Source: Candidatus Polarisedimenticolia bacterium
Lineage (GTDB): Bacteria > Acidobacteriota > Polarisedimenticolia > Gp22-AA2
Reading direction: 5' to 3'
Length of the DNA: 64,000 nucleotides
Assembly: GCA_036005805.1 (NCBI GenBank)
Contig: DASYQE010000066.1
Location: forward strand, 5,502-69,501
Shown: positions 48,075 to 56,301 of the stretch, piece after piece
Numbering within the stretch: the stretch's first letter is position 1
Layout of the letters: each line of letters opens with the position of its first letter
Position numbers and translations under genes: made by a program
The notes under the pieces: generated by a model
The model's database searches: none
The model's input: only the letters and a program-made list of their open reading frames with translations
What the model was told of the DNA's origin: nothing

Positions 48075-49145
48075 ATGAAGCATGCATTCAATTTCTGGTC
48101 CATCGTCGCGCTCGCGCTCCTCGCGGGAGCCGCGGCCCGTCCTCCCCTGGCGAACAACCGGACCCAGGCGAGCCTGTACCGGAGCGAGGACGCCGGAGCG
48201 ACCTGGAAGGCCATCGGCCTGGGCTCTCTCGGGGTCAACGCCCTGGCCATCGATCCCGTCAACCCGTCGACCCTGTACGCCGGGACCGGATCGGGCGGTG
48301 TCTTCAAGAGCACCGATTGGGGTGAGACCTGGTCGGCGAGGAACTCCGGGCTGGGAAGTCTCGCGATCAACGCGCTCGGGATCGACCGCGCGCAGCCCTC
48401 CACGCTGCATGCCGCCACGACCGGCGGCCTGTTCGAGAGCAGCGATGGCGGTTCGAGCTGGAGCCCCGTCGGACCGACCCTGTCGAACCCGGTGTTCCGT
48501 TCCGTGGCTTTCGACCCCGTCGTCTCCACGACGCGCTATGCGGCCGACGCCGTCTGGGTCGCCAGGAGCGTCGACAGCGGGACGACCTGGACCTACTCGA
48601 CCGTCGGCGGCGACTACGTCACTTCGCTCCTGATCGACCCGGCGACTCCGTCGACGCTCTATGCCGGAGTGTTCCATGCGACGCCCAACGGCGGCGGAGT
48701 CTACAAGAGCATCGACGGCGGCCTCCGGTGGAGCGTCGTCAGCGGCGGCATCATCAGCCCCACGGGGCGGTACTACGACGTGAACTCGCTCGCCATCGAC
48801 CCGGCAGCCTCCATCGTCTATGCCGGCACGAGCGGAGGGGGGGTCTTCCGGAGCGACGACGCCGGCAAGAGCTGGACGGCGGCGAACGCCGGCCTGGGGA
48901 TGGTTTCGGTGCGCGCCCTGGCGATCGATCCCCGGAATCCGTCGACGATGTATTCCGCCGCCGACGGTGAAGGGATCTTCAAGAGCAGCGACGGGGCGAG
49001 GACCTGGACGGCGGCGTCCGCGGGGCTGGACTTCCGCCTGCCCGTCGCCCTGGCGATCGATCCCGCCAATTCGTCCCGGGTCTACGCCGGGCTGCGCGGC
49101 GATCTCGTGGATGCCTCGGCGGCCCGGATCGCGGCACGCCGATGA
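48075..49145 (+). CDS. secreted Asp-box (BNR) repeat beta-propeller protein
   Basis: The signal peptide is FWSIVALALLAGAAA. Seven SxDxGxTW-type boxes are present: SEDAGATW, STDWGETW, SSDGGSSW, SVDSGTTW, SIDGGLRW, SDDAGKSW and SSDGARTW. Each is followed by an LAIDPxNPSTLYAG-like strand. Confidence 0.8.
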   Translation: MKHAFNFWSIVALALLAGAAARPPLANNRTQASLYRSEDAGATWKAIGLGSLGVNALAIDPVNPSTLYAGTGSGGVFKSTDWGETWSARNSGLGSLAINALGIDRAQPSTLHAATTGGLFESSDGGSSWSPVGPTLSNPVFRSVAFDPVVSTTRYAADAVWVARSVDSGTTWTYSTVGGDYVTSLLIDPATPSTLYAGVFHATPNGGGVYKSIDGGLRWSVVSGGIISPTGRYYDVNSLAIDPAASIVYAGTSGGGVFRSDDAGKSWTAANAGLGMVSVRALAIDPRNPSTMYSAADGEGIFKSSDGARTWTAASAGLDFRLPVALAIDPANSSRVYAGLRGDLVDASAARIAARR

Positions 49146-50338
49146 TGGAGGGGGCGTCGATCCTGTGCTTCGCCCACGACTGGGGCGGCGATCCGACCAG
49201 CAAGACGCACATCATGAAGATCCTCGCCCGGAAGAATCGCGTCCTCTGGGTGAACTCGATCGCCATGCGCCGGCCGGCGGCTTCGGGCCGGGACCTGCGG
49301 AGGTTGATCGACAAGGTGGCGAAGGGTCTGCGCGGCTGCCAGGAGGTCGAGCCGAATCTTTTCGTCACCAACCCGCTGGTCATCCCCCTGCCCGGGTGGA
49401 ACGTGGCCGACCGTCTCAACGCGGGAATCCTGTCCGCGACGCTGCGCCGCCTCTGCCGGCGGCGCGGACTCGAGGATCCGATCCTCTGGAGTTTCCTGCC
49501 GAACGTCGGGCGGCTGCTGGGCCGCCTCGGCGAGCGCCTGGCGATCTATCACTGCGTGGACGAGTATTCGGCCTTCGCCGGCGTGTCGCGTGACGCGATC
49601 GCGCGCCTGGAGCGCGACCTCGTCCGGCGCGCCGACCTCGTGCTCACCTCGTCCGCGCAACTGGGCGCGGAACGGGTCGGGCTCAATCCGAACACGCATT
49701 TCGTCAGCCACGGCGTGGACCTCGGGCACTTCGCCACCGCACTCGATCCGGGGCTCGAGATCCCCGCCGAGCTGCGCGCTCTCCCGCGTCCCGTCATCGG
49801 GTTCTTCGGCCTTCTGGCCGACTGGGTGGATCTCGATCTGGTGCGCGACATCGCCAGGGGCCGCCCCGACTGGTCGTTCGCCCTCGTCGGGAAGCAGGCG
49901 ACCGGCACCGAGGCGCTCCGCGGGCTGCCGAACGTCCATCTGCTCGGGCAGAAGCCTTACGCGCTCCTGCCCGCCTACTGCCGCGGATTCGACGTCGGCA
50001 TCATTCCGTTCCGGAAGAGCGACCTGACGCTGCGCGCGAACCCGCTCAAGCTGCGCGAGTACCTGGCCGCCGGCCTGCCGGTGGTGTCGACGTCCCTTCC
50101 CGAGGTGGCGCGCTATCGCGCGCTCGTGCACCTCGCCGAGGGGACGGCGGGCTTCACGCAGGCGATCACCACCGCACTCGGCGAGCGCTCCCCGGCGTCG
50201 GATCGGGCACGCGCCGCGGCGATGGAGGCCGAGAGCTGGGAGGCGCGCGTGGCGGAGATCGAAGGCCACATCGATCGGACCGCGCGCCGCGGGGCGCTTG
50301 CCGCGCCGCATCCCGCCTTGTCGGTCGCCGCGCCATGA
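49142..50338 (+). CDS. GT-B glycosyltransferase (TuaH-like)
   Basis: The N-terminal region is ILCFAHDWGGDPTSKTHIMKILA. The C-terminal half is GLPNVHLLGQKPYALLPAYCRGFDVGIIPF...NPLKLREYLAAGLPVVST. It overlaps the upstream gene by ATGA. Confidence 0.7.
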   Translation: MMEGASILCFAHDWGGDPTSKTHIMKILARKNRVLWVNSIAMRRPAASGRDLRRLIDKVAKGLRGCQEVEPNLFVTNPLVIPLPGWNVADRLNAGILSATLRRLCRRRGLEDPILWSFLPNVGRLLGRLGERLAIYHCVDEYSAFAGVSRDAIARLERDLVRRADLVLTSSAQLGAERVGLNPNTHFVSHGVDLGHFATALDPGLEIPAELRALPRPVIGFFGLLADWVDLDLVRDIARGRPDWSFALVGKQATGTEALRGLPNVHLLGQKPYALLPAYCRGFDVGIIPFRKSDLTLRANPLKLREYLAAGLPVVSTSLPEVARYRALVHLAEGTAGFTQAITTALGERSPASDRARAAAMEAESWEARVAEIEGHIDRTARRGALAAPHPALSVAAP

Positions 50339-51480
50339 TCCCGGCGGCGATCTTCTGGGTCGCGCTCCTGCTCCTGCTCCATGCCTACCTGGGGTATCCG
50401 GCGCTGATCGGCGCGTGGGCCATGCTTCGTCCGCACCCCACCCTGAAGGGCGTGAGCCTGCCTCAGGTGACGCTCGTGGTCGTCGCCCACGACGAAGCGG
50501 ATCGCATCGGGACGCGCGTCGACAACCTCGGCGATCTCGACTATCCGCGGGAATCCCTGGAGATCCTGATCGTCTCTGACGGATCGACCGACGGCACCGC
50601 GGAGCGGGCGCTGGCCCGGGCGACTTCCGGCATGCGGGTGGTCGCCTTCCCGACGCGGCGCGGGAAGCCCGCGGTCCTCAACGAGATCGTCCCGCAGGCC
50701 CGGGGGGAGATCGTGGTCCTGGCGGACGCCAGGCAGCGCTTCGATCGCGGCGCCGTGCGGGCCCTCGTGGCCTCCTTCCACGATCCCGCGGTCGGGGCTG
50801 TGAGCGGCGACCTCATCCTGACCGGGGACGGGCGGGACACCGCCGTGGGCCCGGGGGTGAGCGCCTACCGGCGCTGCGAGAGTTTCGTGCGCCGCTCCGA
50901 AAGCCGGGTCGGCTCCACAGTGGGCGCGACCGGGGCGATCTATGCGCTGCGCCGAGCCCTGTTCCAGCCGCTTCCCGAAGACACCATCCTGGACGATGTC
51001 CTGATCCCGATGCGCATCGTCCGGCGCGGGTTCAGGGTGCTGTTCGAGCCGGCGGCGCGCGCCTTCGATCGAGCCCCGGCGACATCCCGGGAGGAGTTCG
51101 GCCGCAAGGCGCGCACGCTGGCGGGCAATTTCCAGCTCCTCCTTCGGGAGAAGTGGCTGTTGAACCCGCTCGGCAACCGGCTGTGGGTGCAGACCGTGTC
51201 GCACAAGGGCCTGCGCCTCCTGGGACCGGGCCTGCTCGTGGCGGCGTTCGCGTCGAACCTGTTCCTTCTCGGCCGGCCCGGCTACCGCTTCGCGTTCCTG
51301 GCGCAGATCGCCTTCTATGCCGGAGCCGTGCTCGGGGGGATGCTGCACGGCAGGAAGGGCGCGCTTCCCCTCTTCAGCCTGCCGTACACCTTCTGTCTCG
51401 TGAACGCGGCGGCGATCGTCGGTGCGTTCCGATTCCTCTCCTCGCGCCAGCGGGTGACCTGGGACAAGGCGCCGGCATGA
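50335..51480 (+). CDS. GT2-family glycosyltransferase (membrane-associated)
   Basis: Motifs are TLVVVAHDEADRI, ILIVSDGSTDGT and VVLADARQ (DxD-like). Hydrophobic N- and C-terminal segments are present. It overlaps the upstream gene by ATGA. Confidence 0.8.
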   Translation: MIPAAIFWVALLLLLHAYLGYPALIGAWAMLRPHPTLKGVSLPQVTLVVVAHDEADRIGTRVDNLGDLDYPRESLEILIVSDGSTDGTAERALARATSGMRVVAFPTRRGKPAVLNEIVPQARGEIVVLADARQRFDRGAVRALVASFHDPAVGAVSGDLILTGDGRDTAVGPGVSAYRRCESFVRRSESRVGSTVGATGAIYALRRALFQPLPEDTILDDVLIPMRIVRRGFRVLFEPAARAFDRAPATSREEFGRKARTLAGNFQLLLREKWLLNPLGNRLWVQTVSHKGLRLLGPGLLVAAFASNLFLLGRPGYRFAFLAQIAFYAGAVLGGMLHGRKGALPLFSLPYTFCLVNAAAIVGAFRFLSSRQRVTWDKAPA

Positions 51481-51491
51481 GCGGCGCGCCG

Positions 51492-53903
51492 CTAACCGGC
51501 CGGGATCACCGCCACGGGAGCAGGAACGGCGACCGGCTCCACCTTCACCGCGGGCCGGACCTTCGCGAGAGTGGAAAGGGACAACACCTCGCCAGCGCTG
51601 AGGGCCCGGTTGTAGATCCGGACGTCATCGATCCGACCGGGGAGAAACGGCGAAGCGGTCCCCGGATACCGGGCGAGACTCAGGCCCTGCGTCGTGGTCG
51701 TCGCGCCCGGGGTCCCGGTCCAGGGCTGTGTCATGCGCAGCGTGCCGTCGACGAACAGGCTCCCGCCCGGCGCATCGACGGTGAAGACCACGTGATGCCA
51801 CTGGCCGTCGTTGAACCCGGGCGTCGCGAGCGTGCAGCCGCTGCGGTCCCAGACGTAGTTCGTCGCGTCCCTGAAATACCACGCGCACAGGTTGCCGCCG
51901 CTGGTGAACACCTGGTAGCCGCTGAACGAGGCGGGGAGGTACTTGTTGACGAGGCCGCCCAGGCTGCCGGACGTGGTGCTCATCCAGAGCGAAATGGTGA
52001 TCGGATAAGCGTCGAGCACGGCCGCGTGGGGAATGCTGACCGCCTCGTTCACGCCGTTGAAGGACAGGGCCTCATCCAGGCGGCCGGCCACGTGGAGCGG
52101 GCCGTTCAGGAGCGTGCCGGTGCCGCCGTTGCCGGAGGAGTCCGCGGCCAGGGAGCCCGACGACTCGTCGAGCTTCCAATAGCCGACCGGGTCGGTCGAG
52201 GAGGGCGGCGGCTGGGCCGCGGTCGTGAAGGTGCGATCCGCGGAAACCGCGAGGTTGCCCGCCGCGTCGCGCGACCGTGCACGGCAGTGGTACAGGGTCC
52301 CGGCCAGGAGGGCGCTCGCCGTCCGTGCGTGGGCGAGCACCATCCTGGTGTCGAGGGTGGTGACGCTGCCGTAGGCCGTCGTCGTCCCGTACTCGACTTG
52401 CGAGTCGCTCGCTTCATCGGAGGTCCAACCCAGCAAAGCGCCCGTGGAGGTCACCTGCGAGACGCCGACCGCGGAGAGCACCGGCGGCGTCGTGTCTCCG
52501 GACGGGGCGCTCACGAGAAGCTGCGACGGGACCCTGACGACGAACGCGTCCTGCCGGCTGCCACCCATGTTGGTCGTCCAGATGAAGTACTGGCCGGTCG
52601 GGTCGATGTTCCCCTTGGGCAGTTTCGAGTAGTCGTCCCCTCCGCCGGAGGCATTGAGGTCGGTCATCACCGGGGCGACGACCAGGACGTCCAGGGAGGT
52701 GTCCAGCCGGAAGCAGAGGATCTCGTTGGCGCGGCTCGAATTGATCCGGTTGGCGCTGCTCCCGCAGGCGAATTGCTGCCCGAGCGGGGTGCCCGGCTTG
52801 GCGTTGGCGTGGCTCACGTGCGCCGGCGCGGCCACCGACCAGTCCATGTTGTTGTGGACGAGCGGCGCCTGGAGCTGGTTCGCGCCGAACTGGAAGACGC
52901 GGACGGCATTGGGCAGGCTGTTCCAGTTGTCCGCATAGACCATGTACCCGTATCCGTTGTCCGAATGTCCGGCGGCGCCATTCTGGTCGAGCAGGATGGT
53001 CTGGGTCCCCGTCTGCAGATCGACGATGACGTTGTCCTCGCCGTTCAGCCCATCGACGTTCTCCTTGATCACCAGCCACCGGCCGCTCTTGTCGATCTGG
53101 CACTCGTCGAAATCGCCGACGCGGGGAAAGTAGGAGAACTGCCTCGTGTCCTCCCGGTACGCCAGGCAGCCCAGCATTTCGTAGGTGGTCGACGAACGGA
53201 GCGTGGCCGAGTGGACCCGATCGTCGCCGCTGGAGTGAACCTGCCAGATGTACTTGTCGCTGCCGAACTGGGGAGCGGCGTCGAACACCGTCTGCATCTG
53301 GTGGGTGACGACGTCGTAACGCAGGAGTGCGGAACCGTTGTTGAGATAGAGCGCGGTGGGCAGCGTCGCGCTGAAGTACCAGCCTTCCCCCGTCGACCAC
53401 GAAAAGGGGCTCGCGGCATCGAACAACGGCCCCACGACGCTGATGACGCCCGTATCCTTATTATATGCAAACAGCGTGGGGCCCCCGCCGCCGCGGGAGC
53501 GGTTCAGCCCGAGGAAGATCAGCATGGTGCTGCTCCCCGCAGAGTTGTTCATGTTGCGCCAGTACGAGTAGCCCACGGACTGCACGCAGTCCGATCCGCC
53601 GCAGTCGGTGCCGTTGGTGATCCTCACCCCTTGAGTGTTGTAAGGGGGCGGAAACACGAAGGCGCCGCGGGCGGGAAGCAGGGACTGGATCTGGGCCGCG
53701 CTGAGAACCGGCCGTACGTCGGTGCTGTTGGTCTTTTCGATGAAGCCGCCTGGCACAACGCTCAACGACTCCGGCTCAGGCGCGCTCAGGGCCACACCAG
53801 CACAGAATGGACCAAACGCGATGGCCGCGAAGGCGGCGAGGCGCAATGCGACAAGGATCCGAGGTGAGTTCTGCGGAATGATACTGAAGCCAATCCGTCT
53901 CAT
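51492..53903 (-). CDS. secreted multidomain protein: N-terminal propeller-like region, FN3-like domain and LamG (concanavalin-like) domain
   Basis: The signal peptide is ILVALRLAAFAAIAFGPFCAGVALSA. The FN3-like block is DTTPPVLSAVGVSQVTSTGALLGWTSDEASDSQVEYG. The LamG hallmarks are YWKLDESSGS...GQWHHVVFT...RIDDVRIYNRALSAGEV. I chose ATG 53903 (GAGGGGGG SD); the track start is 54080. Confidence 0.75.
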   Translation of the reverse strand: MRRIGFSIIPQNSPRILVALRLAAFAAIAFGPFCAGVALSAPEPESLSVVPGGFIEKTNSTDVRPVLSAAQIQSLLPARGAFVFPPPYNTQGVRITNGTDCGGSDCVQSVGYSYWRNMNNSAGSSTMLIFLGLNRSRGGGGPTLFAYNKDTGVISVVGPLFDAASPFSWSTGEGWYFSATLPTALYLNNGSALLRYDVVTHQMQTVFDAAPQFGSDKYIWQVHSSGDDRVHSATLRSSTTYEMLGCLAYREDTRQFSYFPRVGDFDECQIDKSGRWLVIKENVDGLNGEDNVIVDLQTGTQTILLDQNGAAGHSDNGYGYMVYADNWNSLPNAVRVFQFGANQLQAPLVHNNMDWSVAAPAHVSHANAKPGTPLGQQFACGSSANRINSSRANEILCFRLDTSLDVLVVAPVMTDLNASGGGDDYSKLPKGNIDPTGQYFIWTTNMGGSRQDAFVVRVPSQLLVSAPSGDTTPPVLSAVGVSQVTSTGALLGWTSDEASDSQVEYGTTTAYGSVTTLDTRMVLAHARTASALLAGTLYHCRARSRDAAGNLAVSADRTFTTAAQPPPSSTDPVGYWKLDESSGSLAADSSGNGGTGTLLNGPLHVAGRLDEALSFNGVNEAVSIPHAAVLDAYPITISLWMSTTSGSLGGLVNKYLPASFSGYQVFTSGGNLCAWYFRDATNYVWDRSGCTLATPGFNDGQWHHVVFTVDAPGGSLFVDGTLRMTQPWTGTPGATTTTQGLSLARYPGTASPFLPGRIDDVRIYNRALSAGEVLSLSTLAKVRPAVKVEPVAVPAPVAVIPAG

Positions 53904-54357
53904 GGAATCCCCCCTCTTTCCCCTCGAGAGTTGCGGCTCCATCCCGCACCTATCGAGAGGGTCCCCCCCGGGACGCTTGCGGAATGAATCTGCCTCGGGG
54001 AGCGCCGGTAAAGAGCAAGCACAGTGCCATCGATAGCGGAGCGTTTGGGACGGGTCTGGATCCTCGTGCGAACAGGTCACTTGAGCGCAAAAAGAGACAG
54101 GGCATGGTTCGCATTTCGACCTCCCCGGGGTGTGAAAGAGCCCTGCCGGAGACCGGCGCAGGAGCGCCGGCGGACCTCTGGAATCATTACGTCATCTGTC
54201 CGGGACATCCTGACACCCTATCGGGAATTCCCCCCACGAGATTGCCGAGTTTTCTGATTCGTCCGGCGATCGCTCGAAACGGAGCATCAGGCGGCGATTC
54301 GCGACCCCGCGGTGCTATCATGGGGCTCATTCCCAGAAAGCGCGAGGCACCCTAACC

Positions 54358-54990
54358 ATGTCCATCCGAGTCCTCCTCGCCGACGACCACCCGATCTTCC
54401 TCCAGGGCATGAAAGTGCTCCTGGAGCCGGAGAAGTTCGACGTGGTCGGCCTGGCGTCGGACGGCCGCCAGGCGGTCAAGATGGCCGAGAAGCTCAACCC
54501 GGACGTGGTGATCCTGGATCTGGCGATGCCGCTCATGAATGGCCTGGACGCCGCCCGGGAAATCGGCAAGGTGTCGCCCAAGATCAAGAAGATCCTCCTG
54601 ACGAACTACACCGACGAGCAGTACATCCTCGACGCGCTGCGGGCGGGGGTGAACGGGTACCTCGTGAAGACCAAGGCCGCCGCCGACCTGATCCAGGCGA
54701 TTCACGAGGTTTCGCGCGGGGCGCTCTATCTGAGCTCCGGTGTGTCGCGCGAGCTCCTGCAGGCCTACCTCGAAAACGAGGCAAGCCGCGTCAATCCTCT
54801 GAGCGGTCGCGAGCGCGAGGTGCTGCAGCTGATCGCCGAAGGGAAGACGACGAAGGAGATCGCCGTGGTCCTCGGCGTCAGCCCCAAGACGGTCGAGACG
54901 CACCGGATGCGCTTGATGGACAAGCTCGACATCCACGAGACGGCCGGCCTCGTCCGGTACGCCATCCGTCGAGGCGTCATCCAGCCCTGA
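54358..54990 (+). CDS. NarL/LuxR-family response regulator
   Basis: The receiver carries VLLADDHPIF and the phospho-Asp context VVILDLAMP. The LuxR HTH is LSGREREVLQLIAEGKTTKEIAVVLGVSPKTVETHR. Confidence 0.9.
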   Translation: MSIRVLLADDHPIFLQGMKVLLEPEKFDVVGLASDGRQAVKMAEKLNPDVVILDLAMPLMNGLDAAREIGKVSPKIKKILLTNYTDEQYILDALRAGVNGYLVKTKAAADLIQAIHEVSRGALYLSSGVSRELLQAYLENEASRVNPLSGREREVLQLIAEGKTTKEIAVVLGVSPKTVETHRMRLMDKLDIHETAGLVRYAIRRGVIQP

Positions 54991-55041
54991 GTTCCTGCAG
55001 TCGACACGTTTCTCCGAAGACACGCTCTCCCGAACACCACA

Positions 55042-56301
55042 ATGAAAAGCATCGCTCTCGGTGTGCTCCTGGCACTGGCCGCGGCGGGATCCGCCCAGGC
55101 GCAGACCTCCTCTGTCTACGACCTCCTGGGGCCCGGCCTGCCGGCCGGTCACTTCAATCTCTATCCTTCCGTCTCCTACGAGTACATGTACGACGACAAC
55201 ATCCTCTTCATGAGCACCGACCTCCCCGGGAGCGTCCCGGTCGCATCGGGCGTCAACGTGCTGCGGGCGCGCTTCCTGGCCGATCTGCCGCTGCGTGACG
55301 GCCGGGTCCGGATGCTCTACGCCCCCTTCTTCCGCAGCTATACGAACGACCGCTTCGTGCCCGAGGATCAGATCAACCAGGTCCTCGGCGTGGAGGGAAC
55401 CTTCCACCAGAGCGGCCGTGTCGCGATCGGCGTCCGGGACGATTACGCGAAGGGCACCCTGTCGCTGCAGGAGCAGGTCGTCAGGAACGGAGTCCCCTTC
55501 GGACTGGGACATTACGAGGTCCACAACCCCCGCATCGACCTCGGAGTTCGCGTGGGACTCCGGCAGGGGTTCTCCCTGCTGCCGAGCTACTCCCAGTCCC
55601 AGTTCAGCGGACTCGTCTCCGGGTTCGGCCAGGCCGTCGACTACGGCTACACGACGAAGGCGATCGAGGGACGCTACAACTACAGGCTCGCCGAACCGGC
55701 GACGGCCTACCTGTATTCCATCCTCGACCGGACCCTCCAGACCGTGTCGGACGCCCCGGATGTCAACATCCGATCGAACACCGTCGGGCTCGGCCTCACG
55801 CGAACCCTGCACGCTCTCGTCGTGACGCAGGTGTCGGTCGGCTACGAGACCATGCAGTTCGACGGCGGGGTCGGCGAGGACTTCGCCGGGCCGGTCGGAG
55901 AGGCGAACGTGTCCTGGGAGGTGGCGAACCTCAACCGGATCAACGTGAGCGTCCTGAGGAGGCCGTACGCTTCCATCTATCTCGACAGCAACTACTACCT
56001 GGCCACGGTCGGGCAATTGCGCTGGATTCGACAGCTCTGGCGGAGCAGCTACCTGGACACAGTCGCCACGATCCAGCGGAGCGACTTCGTCCCGGTGCAG
56101 GGGGTGGGCCGCCAGGAGCGGTTGATCCGGCTGGAGGCCGGCATCGGGCACGAGTTCCTGCGCCACCTGCGCGGCTATGCCGGGTTCAACGTCGAACAGC
56201 GCGACTCCAATGTCGTGCAGATGACCGGGGGCGTGGGGGCGGATCCCTTCAACTATCAGTTGCACCGTTTCATTTTCCGCATTGAAGCGGGGTGGATGTG
56301 A
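55042..56301 (+). CDS. putative outer-membrane beta-barrel protein partnered with the OPX gene
   Basis: The signal peptide is MKSIALGVLLALAAAGSAQA. An alternating hydrophobic/aromatic strand pattern runs throughout (YEYMYDDN, YNYRLAE, VSVGYET, FIFRIEAGW). Its stop overlaps the start of the downstream export gene. Confidence 0.6.
   Translation: MKSIALGVLLALAAAGSAQAQTSSVYDLLGPGLPAGHFNLYPSVSYEYMYDDNILFMSTDLPGSVPVASGVNVLRARFLADLPLRDGRVRMLYAPFFRSYTNDRFVPEDQINQVLGVEGTFHQSGRVAIGVRDDYAKGTLSLQEQVVRNGVPFGLGHYEVHNPRIDLGVRVGLRQGFSLLPSYSQSQFSGLVSGFGQAVDYGYTTKAIEGRYNYRLAEPATAYLYSILDRTLQTVSDAPDVNIRSNTVGLGLTRTLHALVVTQVSVGYETMQFDGGVGEDFAGPVGEANVSWEVANLNRINVSVLRRPYASIYLDSNYYLATVGQLRWIRQLWRSSYLDTVATIQRSDFVPVQGVGRQERLIRLEAGIGHEFLRHLRGYAGFNVEQRDSNVVQMTGGVGADPFNYQLHRFIFRIEAGWM

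Noticed and set aside
48075-53903. PEP-CTERM sorting signals at the C-termini of the secreted Asp-box and LamG proteins.
   Set aside because: Neither C-terminus has a Pro-Glu-Pro motif followed by a hydrophobic helix and an Arg-rich tail.
53984-54355. The 123-aa and 77-aa ORFs inside the LamG/response-regulator spacer.
   Set aside because: They lack third-position GC bias, an SD and any motif. I treat the region as non-coding regulatory DNA.
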